A stretch of DNA of 61,945 nt, filler included, from Choristocarpus tenellus KU-1152 (Eukaryota > Protista > Phaeophyceae): the NCBI GenBank assembly GCA_964200185.2. It is 11 parts of 11 records of this genome, joined end to end, with 100 filler letters (N's around TTAATTAATTAA, not from the genome) between each part and the next. Parts side by side here need not be neighbours in the genome. Positions count along the whole stretch, not along the records: positions 42,884 to 55,603 come from CAXNAD020001728.1; positions 55,704 to 61,945 come from CAXNAD020008590.1; 9 more parts are not named here. The stretch is one strand, 5' to 3'. Positions 52,011 to 61,945 of this stretch are shown in pieces. How positions within the stretch are numbered: the first letter of the stretch is position 1; every line of letters begins with the position of its first letter. The notes beneath the pieces were generated by a model. The model ran no database searches, was not told the origin of the DNA, and saw only the letters and a program-made list of their open reading frames with translations. Made by a program: the position numbers and the translations under genes.

Positions 52011-55000
52011 GGTTGAGTCATTGGTCATTATGGCATTTGCTTGTGTCACTTGTCATTCCGTCATTCATTTGCTTGATCTTTTTGTCCAAAGGATGCAGTA
52101 GCTAGGGTTAGGGTGTCCTTTGGGTGAATCGCCTTACTGTTCGGGATTGTCGTCTGCTGGGGTTAACAAAATGGTGGGGTAGTTGTAGAGATATTTGCAT
52201 GATTGAGATGAATGTAGTGGTGGATTTGGGGGTCTTGGGACCTCCATCATCTCCTTTCATTTTTTTTTTTACATGCACTCTGCATGGGGTAGAGGGTTTT
52301 GTCCCCGACATCCTCCCCAACATGTGTAGGGATGGTTTTTCATCCTCAGCAGTGTGTTTACGTTCAGGAGCATGTGTAGGGTATGATTCAGGGATGGTTT
52401 TTCGTGGCAGATGTATGATGCATGTCATGCATGTCATGCCTTTTGTCATGTTTGTGTTTTTTGTTGTGATCACTGTACTATATTCTAAGGGTTAGGGTTA
52501 CATACATAAATACTACCAAGTAGCGTTGGTGTCACTTGGCTATGTAATGTTAGGGTTAGGGTTACGAGATGATGTTACACTGGGAAAGGGTTATTTCTTG
52601 ACTTGTTTCCGTGGGGGAGGGGAGAGCTGGTATGGAAGGGGAGGGATGATGTTTATGAAGGTGATTTGAGGAATTGTGTATGGATGACAGGAGATGGATT
52701 GATTTGTGGTACCTGTAACTGCCATCTCTGCTTGCTTCTTCGCCTCTTTGTAGGCATGGCAGGGGTGTGACCTGGTTCAAGGAAATACAATAATATTTCC
52801 AGCCGCATGCTGCATGCACATCATGATCACACATCATGTTGCTGCTATCAGTCGATCGTGATATCAGGGGTGTGAGTTAGTTTGGTTGAGCAGGTGAATG
52901 CACTGACTTCATGAGTTGGTGAGAGGATTGAGTTGGGTGGTTTCTCCTAATTGGCCCTATTCATATCCAGTGGTAATATGACTAATATCATTATTAATAG
53001 TATCAATAGTATCTAGTAGAGAATTCTTGCAGGGGCTGGAAGAGGGCAGTAAAAGAGCCTTAGGGACACCTTGCGACCTGTGTGGGGCATATTCTCATTG
53101 TAACAGACTACTGCTTGGTGTGTGGCTGTATCATCTGTTGGACACTGTTAGAGGCTGAGGCACACAGGGGCGTACCTTCTGGCTTATTGACCATTTTCCT
53201 GTCCTGGCTCAAGAAGGGCTGCTGTGTGTAGACGAGGGACTGGCAATTTGTTGGAATGAGATACGGCTGGATGCAATGTATGTAATTTGAACATACATGT
53301 GCAAGGTGTCACTACAAGTACACTAGGAAGAACACCTGTACCAATACAACAGCTCAAATTGCAAGCAAATCGACAGGAGCTCCTGAGGTGCACTGGATGG
53401 CATGTAGCATATCTAAAATCTACATCTTGCACCACTAATGCAGGCATTTTGACCTTACTTCTTGCATTATGTGATACTTTAGATGATTGTTTAGTGTGGA
53501 AGGGGAATCTCAGCGTACCTTTGCTCCTTCTATGACACTAGGGTTAGGGAGATGTCTCAGGTGATTTCCTCTTACTTCATTTCCACTCAGTGCCAAGTTG
53601 TGACTGAATTTGTCTTCCTTCAAATCCAGTAGGACTGCTGCTGTTGGGTCAGGCAGTGATGTGATAAACAGAGGCAAGACATGGGGGATGACAATGCATT
53701 ATCAGTCTGTAGGACAAAATTTCTCCAGTTTCATTGACGTAAACTGCACTAGTGTAGTGTAAATGGGGACGGACCGTGGGCTAGATGAATGTCTATCCAA
53801 GCGAATGGTCAGGATCCTGTTACATTAATCATGACTGGTTTTATGGCATTACATGGTAATTATTCTGTGCATAGCACTCTTGACTCTTGAACGTGCTCCA
53901 CTTTATGGAATGTGTTCTATTTCGGAAGTTCAAATAGGTCATTTCATTGTGGATGGTGAGTATGAACACGAATAATTACCCTGTTTCTGTATATCAAGAG
54001 GAGGAAGATCCGTCCAAGTACTACTACCATAACTTCCTCTGCTCAGAATCAGTTCGAACAGTTTATGGGGCAGGCTAAAAATGGATGATATCGTATCAAA
54101 TCTTGGTTATTTTTGGATTTGTCTTGCAAAATCCAATCATGAGGTTACTCTGAAATCTCAGTGATAATCGACTAGTCTATCTGTTCTACCCCAAAAACTG
54201 CAAGAAATGCGTTACCAATGCATTAATTTTCCTCCCTGCAAACTGTTCTAACTGATTCTAACAGTGGAGGTATATATTTGTACATAATTGTGATGTATAC
54301 TATTCTAGCACACACACACACGTATCAGGTGACCTTACCGCTAAAGTTTACTTTTTTCCGTGTCCCCAAGTAGAGAGGGACACAAACATTGAGGGTTCAA
54401 AGATCATATCCATGGTTCAATGAGTCGATCAGTTAGTATTCATTTGAAGCACTAAAGACTAAATACAACACAAGGGTGTTTGGATGTATTGAACTGCTTG
54501 TGTATTTTTAAGTATTGTAGTACAATTATTTCTTCACTTCATATGGTGAGTGTGTTGAGTTCGTAGAAGACTCACTATTCTATGGCTGACACTTTTCTTG
54601 CTTACCATTGACTGGTTGGTTGGTCCCACACTGCAGTACAGCTGCTCCGCTCAACAGAAAGAGTGTTGGAAGAGATGGGAAATCTTGCTCACTCTGCGGA
54701 TGATTGTGTTTGCTCAATGTAATACAGCAATGAGTAGTATGTTTCTCCATGCATTCTTTGTGTATGGATAGTGGCCATCTCCTTGAACACTCACAAAGGG
54801 GACAGCCCTTTCAGTTCTTCTATTTGATGCGTCCGTTCACAAAGAGAGGTGAGATATTGTGTCCGCACAAGTCAAAACACAAGCCCATTAATATCTGAGG
54901 TCAAGAGTAAAGACCTACTGAGAGAAGAGCGCAGCTTACGAGATATTTCAGGCAGAAAAAGTTAGGGAACAATGATACACATTTTGGAATGCAATTCTTC

Positions 55001-55580
55001 GTATGGTACAATATTTTCTATCAGCAGGAGTGAGACATAAATAGTACTTCAAAGAATACATATTTTGGACCTGGGCAGAAGATCAATCGCACCACAATAC
55101 ACTCAAAGGACGGCATTTTTACTTGGACTTCTCAACTTGCATTACTATTTGGTATTTATTTTACTGATTCTCACCTGGTAGCACCCAATTTTGAAGACGG
55201 AAGCAACTTTTGATTTGGATTGACTTTGTCTTTGAGAGACAGCTCAATCAAATGAAAGGAATTTTGATAGAATTTAACTTGAAATTAACTTGAAGAATTT
55301 AACTTGAAGTACAAGGCCTCAATTTTATCGACGAAAATGTCACAATTTCTATCCATGCATCTACGAAAAGTCCAAGCGTGATGATAGTCTTGAAGAGAGA
55401 CTCAGGTCGCCTCTTCAAATCCCTTCCACTTCTTCATCTTCATCATCAGTCACAAACCAGTGGGTTAATCATGATTGCAAAACATAATCCAATAGAGGAT
55501 CATCCACTAATCCAATATGGACACATGTATCTGCATTACTTGCCGTGCCATGTTTTTTTGTGTGGGATTCCAACGACCAA

Positions 55581-55603
55581 AGGGTCAAAGTATCTTGGGG
55601 GGG
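55581..55603 (+). mobile_element. MITE family B terminus at contig end
   Basis: agggtcaaagtatcttggggggg runs into the spacer. Confidence 0.65.
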
Positions 55604-55703
55604 NNNNNNNNNNNNNNNNNNNNNNNNNNNNNNNNNNNNNNNNNNNNTTAATTAATTAANNNNNNNNNNNNNNNNNNNNNNNNNNNNNNNNNNNNNNNNN
55701 NNN

Positions 55704-55726
55704 CCCCCCAGATACTTTGAGCCTCA
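55704..55726 (+). mobile_element. MITE family B terminus at contig start
   Basis: cccccccagatactttgagcct is the inverted TIR. Confidence 0.65.
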
Positions 55727-55959
55727 GTCGATGCTACTGTGGGTCTGGATGAGGTTGCTCTGAACAAATATTATATTTTGGGTGCATAGAGCACTGCTGT
55801 TGATGCATTCATCTTCCAGATCTGTTTTTGAACGGGATCTTGACTTTAATATTTCTTTTTTTTGTGCCCCGATTACGATCGGGTCGATCCGTATCATCAT
55901 TGATGATGTAATACCTCACACTGGCTCTTTTGTGTCTCCTTTCCCACGTCATTGAGCAG

Positions 55960-56037
55960 GCGATTGAAGCTGCCAAGGTGGACAAGACAGACAAGCCGTT
56001 TAACGAGATGAAGATCATTAGCATTGATATTTCATAG
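55960..56037 (+). CDS. Terminal exon of a cyclophilin-type PPIase (PPWD1/CYP71-like)
   Basis: CAG acceptor then AIEAAKVDKTDKPFNEMKIISIDIS*, matching the cyclophilin C-terminal pattern IE..K.DK.D.P...KI..I. Confidence 0.65.
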   Translation, partial: AIEAAKVDKTDKPFNEMKIISIDIS

Positions 56038-59000
56038 TGAGATTCTTGTGCGCAGTAGCAGTAGTAGTAGACTGCATGTTACCATCATAAGTGATGTTTG
56101 GACTGTGTGTTTGTTGGCTGTCCAAGATCTGGGGTGTGGTGCACTACATCTTGCAGCACTGAGGAGATGAACATCTTGGAACCAGGTGGAAAAGATCGGT
56201 GACATAAGCTGCATTGAGGGTGCCTCCAATTTTTACTTGTAATGTGCCGTCCTACCTTCTTCCTAAACTGAAGAGTGCAAAGTCCTCCTTGACCAAAATG
56301 AAACCATACTACAAGTGTAGTCATTGGTTGCTTTCACAACATTTTGCATTGCAGTACTGTATCATTGGTTGAGAGGGGGGCAACAAGTTAAGCTACTGAG
56401 GTTTCTTCATGTGTCAGGTTGAGTGTGAGCTATGTTTTTTGTGTGACTTGGGGAGGACTGTAATACCAAACCTTGGTTGAACATGTTTATGCATTTAATG
56501 TTCTTGCAGCCTCTACAAGATTATTGGTGACACAATTTTCTTGTCATGATAGCTCCAAGCCCTTCCGATTGGCAGGGCAAATATTTACGTAATCGAAATG
56601 TTGTGCTTGTGGAAACTTCTGACTGTACTTAAGTTACCTATATTAGTAGGCGGAACACAACAATAATTGCGTTAAGGCCTCCAAAAACTTCGAGCACAGG
56701 GTCTCATGACTTGAGGTTGAGGGACCAGAGGCTTCAACAAGTCAACGTTCTCATTTGTTTGACAAATACAAAATAGTTGATCTTTTCCACTCACTTTATA
56801 CACTTCTCTAATAATCGGAAGTACATCAGAGGATGGAATGTTGTGCGAAACGCATACCAAACAAAAGAGTATGGTTGATGCATGAAGTTCAATAGATGGA
56901 TGTTTCTCTCCTGACCTGTTGCAGACCAAGCAAGTCAGATGTGTTTGCAGATGAATTACAAGAACCATTTATTCCTAGGCAACCTCCCAAAAGGTGAATC
57001 AGAAGAAAAAATCGGCCCAAACCTATCCGAGCTCGAAGAGAACTTGACACACACATGAACCAAAAGAAGTACCATTGTGCAGACTTTAAGCAACTACACA
57101 CGAACACCACGTATGCAGACTGCATTGCCAGTTAGCTGCTCCGGAAAGGGATATTGCAGTGATTATACCATGTAACAGAAACAAAAACATATAATGTGCT
57201 AGCCCAGTCGGCCTGCCAAGGTAAATTGACTGCAAACTACCACAAATGCCTAAAACCTAAAGAGGAAGTTACCATACACCATCTGAATCATTCCATCCAC
57301 CTCCCTTGCAACTCCCTTCCCAAACACCAAATTGTACGTGTGACTTCCATGAGCAGTAGAAACACTATTGGGGAGATGGGATCAGTACATTGAGTTAACA
57401 AATCCGCACACCCTTTACTCCTCCCCCCAACTCATCGCCGTCACCAATACCCCAATGTGAAACAGCTGTCAGCAGCATGACGATCCATTTTACCATCTTT
57501 GGAATAAAGATTCCGGGGCGGCACTAACACCTTTGCTGCTGGTTGCATGCACCCAGAATTCTCCCCTGTCCCCACGGCCCTAGTATATGTCTCCTACCGA
57601 GCCAGCTGATCTCACTGTGAACCTAGTTCATTTGGTCGGCCAGCTGGTCCCTATCCTCCCTCCACATCACAGCCGTTGCCTTGCATCTGGTCTTCTTTTG
57701 AGGATTTCCAACTCGATCGTCAAACTGCCCACTTGACCTATGTACTCAACAGTGACTTGTACCCTTTCCGCACTCTCCCCATGCCACTTGTGGGCTTCAT
57801 TTGCTGCAGTCTGCTGAGCAACCACACAAACCATGGTCACCACCAGTTAAGTAGTGCGTTCCAATGTATTTTGGGATTGTGTTCGGCGAGTCTCAAGGAG
57901 TTATGGCATGAGACCATTCCACTGTTTGAGGTAGAGCCTCCCTCTCATCAGCAGTGATCTTGGACACGTCAACAACGTTATTGTCCAGTGCCTCAACTTC
58001 CACTCGCCACAAATTCGCAATTGCCCTCAGTTTCCTCACCTCCTTCGTATCTTGGATCACCAGCTCCACCGAACACAGCAAGGACTGCGGTCCACCTCAT
58101 TTCAACTGAGGCAGCTCTTGGTGATGGTAAGTCTGGAGAGGTAAACGTTTGGTTGGTGGACAAGGGGTCTGCTATAAGTGTGGGAGTTGGAAAAGAGAGG
58201 ATTTATTTTCAATTTGAGTGAACTTAGTGTGAGGGTGTGACAGTATGACTACTACATTCATGAAAGATGAAATAAAGACAACATATTGTCATTCTAGTAT
58301 AGTGCAATGAATGCAAAACAAAAATATCATCCTGAGATAAATGCAGTTTCGAGTATTTGAAAGTATTTACCATGGAGTCATTTCATTGTCCTCACCAAAC
58401 CCTCAGCAATCCTCATCCCACCTACCATACATACTTTCTACCCATTCCTCTTCCCAAGATGTTCAACTCAAAGCCCTACCAGGACCAACTATTTGCCCTC
58501 GGCAGGACTGCTGAAGGTGATACCCGTGATCCCATTGGTCTTGCTCGCTGTGTACTTGCCTTCGGTGATGTTGGGGCTGTGGCAGGAAAAGTATATGGCG
58601 CAAGGATGAATTCTGGGTGCATGTTTAACACCAGCAGTGGTGGTGCTATCGCCACAATAAGATCCTCATTCCAACAATCCTACGACACTTTATCCCAGTC
58701 AATTTTGGGTCAAGTCCATCCTCAATGTTTGAAATCGACTGTTAATTGCAGCTTTTGTGCTGGTGAATATGACCGGAGATGATGAAAGATTCTGTTGAAA
58801 GAGCAGTTAGAGGTGAAGTCCTCTCGATTGAGGGATTGAAATGGGTGGTGAGTGGGACTGTAGTGGGAGAGTGCGGTACTGCGGGTTGCCTCAAAACAGC
58901 CCATGGGTTCAAGAGCAACGGCCGTAGAATATGGGGAATGTGAGCTTTACTGGGTGGTAAGAGTTTTCATTCTCGCAGCAAGCAAGCAAGACCAGATCAT

Positions 59001-60898
59001 GGGCTAACAATGGGTGAGAGCAACTTTGCCAGATAGTTAGTGCTAGTCACTAATATTGCCGTATCTAAAACAACATTTATCGATGTAGAGCCCCTGGCCA
59101 GAGCACCTCAATCAGAACATCCTTCCGGCGTCAAAGGACCTTCCCCTGTTTTGACTTCACACACCCTCAAGCAACTGGATTCGGGGGAGCATGCACTTGT
59201 GGGATAGCGTATTTCAATTGGGGATAAATGTTTGATGAGGCATTCTACTCATTGTTAGTAGCGCTACAGATCCGGAAATTGTGGAAGAAGAACGTTGTGC
59301 TCTTCTCCTTGTCCACGGAAACAGATGCCCCGAAGTACTCGGAGTAAAGAAACGCTCAGAATGTATTAGAAGATCGCGTGTTTGGCGCCTGTGACCACTC
59401 CATGTGGCAAAATGCGGCTTGTTCGGTCTTTATGGTGTGCTAGATGCCCTGTGTAGAAGGAAACTTGAGCAGTATGACAACAGTTACAAATATCCACCAG
59501 ATTTTTATGTGTAGTGACAGCTACTATTACCAACGTCAATTTTTTTTTGTAACAGACAAAGTTTCGGTTGAAATTTACTTGACTAAAAAATACTGATTAG
59601 GTAGGTTTTGGTCTCTCTGTGTACGTAACGACTCGCGCGAAAATCGCGAAGGTCGCTAAGTGGCGTGTGGAGGCGTGGTGCAGTGAGAACCCATCGAAAG
59701 ACCAAACACTTCCTGATGTGGCAAGAACTACCACTACCAGTGAAAGCTTCAAGAGCCTCCCCAAAATGCTAGGCACCAGCATGATGGTGGGTGCACTTGC
59801 AATTTCCTTGAGAGGTTGGCGTTTCTGTGTGCCTGATGTTTGGGTGCGAATGGTGGGTAAGGAAGGAGCAATGGCTATGGCAGTCGACAAGCGAAGAAGA
59901 TGTGGAGTCCTACCATGCGTTGTCCGATGGGAAGTCCTTCACTGGAGATGTTCACACCCCGACCAGTGATTAGTCACTAACACCCCTTTTTTATACTAAC
60001 TGAATCGGATCTATGCCGAACGGATGCGTTTTTCACACAGTCTATCACCTATTGTGCTGGATCTCCAAACATGGAGCATCGATCAAGGCAATCCCTACAC
60101 AAGCACGACGGCCCAACCGAAATCTTTATTCCGACTATTCGCTAATGGAGCCAAATGCAGGGGTAACAGAATGGATTGTAGTGGTACCTAATTGACGTCC
60201 GTTCAGATCTTGGCTGTTAATACTAGTCTGGATTGATAGGTAGTTTGCCTTCCCTATCCTTATCGAAAACAACAAAAGTTTGTTCAGGGTGTGTCACAAT
60301 CACTGGGGGTGGGTTGGAGGGAAATATATACTGATTGTCATGTGGTAAAGTATGCATGGTTCACAAAGACCCACCCTTTAATAGCTACTACTACTATCAT
60401 AACAGGTAGGTCTACAATCGTTCTGGAAAGTGCCATAATTATGTATTTATGGCCAAGTACCACGATTCGGATGGATCCCTTGTTCGCTCTGAGTGTGATG
60501 CTTGAAGTGATTGAACCATCATTGTACACGAGAGATATTGTTTCCAACCATTAACTGAATCGCCTTTTCTGCGTCCAAACCGAGCAGTTTAGACCTAGAG
60601 TTCCAGACCAATTTATCACTAAGCAAGAAGTTCTCTATCATCGCTGAGCATTTAACAAGAAATAATATTTCTGAGTGGGGTTGCATCTCCTGAGAAAAAG
60701 ATGAAGCGTTGTGTGCTCGAATGCTAAGGTTAGGCGATGAAACAAGAATAACGAACTTGTCATGAGCCCAACTTATAAGCGCGAGAGGAAACTGACAACT
60801 ATGAATCAATCACAATTTTCTCATTAACACTAGTCAAGGAAAACCGTTTATTGATTGACCGTGATGGGGTGAGTTGTCAGGAGCAGTGTAGGAGAATG

Positions 60899-61560
60899 TG
60901 GATGTGCCCGTATCCCTCTTTTGGTCAAGAGGGGACTCGTACTGCTCTGGACACTAGCTGGATGGGATGGTGGATGTGAGGAATGCTCACTGCCAGCACT
61001 CTGGATGTGTCCAATGGTCTAGCTCTAGCAATGAAGGGGACTCCTTGGCTAGGTACTGCCACGTGCATAAGCTCGATAGGATGGTGGACCTGAAGAGTGC
61101 CTGCTGTGAGCACTGAGAATGTGCCCTCTAGCCCTCCTTTAGTCATGAGGGGGATTCCAAGGTGAGGTTTTACTCTGACCATAAGTTAGATGTCTTGGAA
61201 CACCAGCTAATCCTGGGAATCGCAAGTTGTTAGACTTGGTGAGGTTTTGCCAGAGGGCAGCTATCCCTCTAATCAGTTATTAACTTCTGCTGAGCAGACA
61301 CTAAAGTATGGTTGTGTATCCTAGTGATGTGTTTAGCCTTTTGACAAATGTGTAATCATGCCGGGGTTTGAATCCACAAGATTAGCTGGCTATATCCTAG
61401 GTAGTTCTGGGATGCACTATTGTTTCGTCAGAGTGGGACGGTGGATGTGCAGCATGTCTGCTGCCAGCTCTCTGGATGTGTCCGACAGCCTAGTTTTAGT
61501 CATGACGGCGACTCCAAGGTACTGCCGTGGACATAAGAAGGACGGGATGGATCAATTTTG
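60899..61560 (+). pseudogene. EsV-1-7 Cys-rich repeat protein pseudogene (3-4 repeats)
   Basis: YCSGH*LDGMVDVRNAHCQHSGCVQWSS..EGDSLARYCHVHKLDRMVDLKSACCEH*ECAL*PSFSHEGDSKVRFYSDHKLD, then VDVQHVCCQLSGCVRQPSFSHDGDS/RYCRGHKKDGM. This is the MVDV..C...GC...PSF....C..HK repeat pattern, with stops and frameshifts. Confidence 0.88.
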
Positions 61561-61869
61561 AAGTTTTACAGGTTGAGAATAGATAACCACAATATCACCA
61601 CCGGGAAGAGGGGCCCTATGGAAGGAGTACCTCTGGACACTACCCCTACGTATTCGCTTCTTGCAAGTTGGAGGGTGGGGGAAGGAGTATACTATACACA
61701 AGATTTTAATGGTGCTGTGTGCAGCAGATCGCTTTGGTGCGATGTACAGACTGGTTGCCAGGATTGCTATGCGATAGATATTTCAAGAATTGACATGTGT
61801 TATTTGATTTGGTTGGCATCGTTAACATGAGGTTGTCTGGTTTGAATGAGGTAAAATATCACTGGAGTC

Positions 61870-61945
61870 GAGCCAAAGTATTTTAGAGGGTAGGGCCATG
61901 TCCATTTGGGGATCAAAATACAATGTTGTGATTTTGATGTAATCT
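61870..61945 (+). mobile_element. MITE family A copy, truncated by window end
   Basis: gagccaaagtattttagagggta...gtccatttgggg...caatgttg...ttttgatgtaat. Confidence 0.8.

Noticed and set aside
55581-55726. Contigs 10 and 11 possibly being the two sides of one MITE B insertion
   Set aside because: Flanks show no matching TSD, and the family is common enough for coincidence.
57893-59890. Possible minus-strand gene with signal peptide (MLVPSILGRLLKLSLVVVVLATSGSVWSF)
   Set aside because: Candidate downstream exons hit stops in the frames tried and no domain was recognised.

Overview
Eukaryotic nuclear DNA, not a prokaryotic locus. It is 11 short contigs joined by artificial 100-bp spacers (44N-TTAATTAATTAA-44N at 4026, 10652, 14133, 17657, 20859, 26524, 32392, 39524, 42784, 55604), so nothing can be inferred about linkage across spacers. 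An ASA-F-type plastid-targeted LHC gene, EsV-1-7 repeats and intron-rich genes point to an ochrophyte, most likely a brown alga (inference). Supported genes: a complete 3-exon light-harvesting complex gene, a 9-exon kinesin-14, and partial VPS9-like, SCP/NIF phosphatase, IQ-WW, USP9X/24/34-like, Cdh1/FZR and cyclophilin genes, plus an EsV-1-7 pseudogene. Mobile DNA: a dead DD39D-type mariner, an integrase-less copia, two RLE-type non-LTR fragments, a young LTR end and two MITE families sharing a TIR core. The most striking signal is dozens of short (TTAGGG)n/(CCCTAA)n tracts in non-coding DNA. Four interrupt the dead mariner transposase and can be read as insertions primed on short microhomologies. 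One is a head-to-head fusion flanked by an 8-bp duplication. This suggests frequent telomerase-like patching of internal DNA breaks (hypothesis). All domain calls are from motif recognition by eye; no searches were run.
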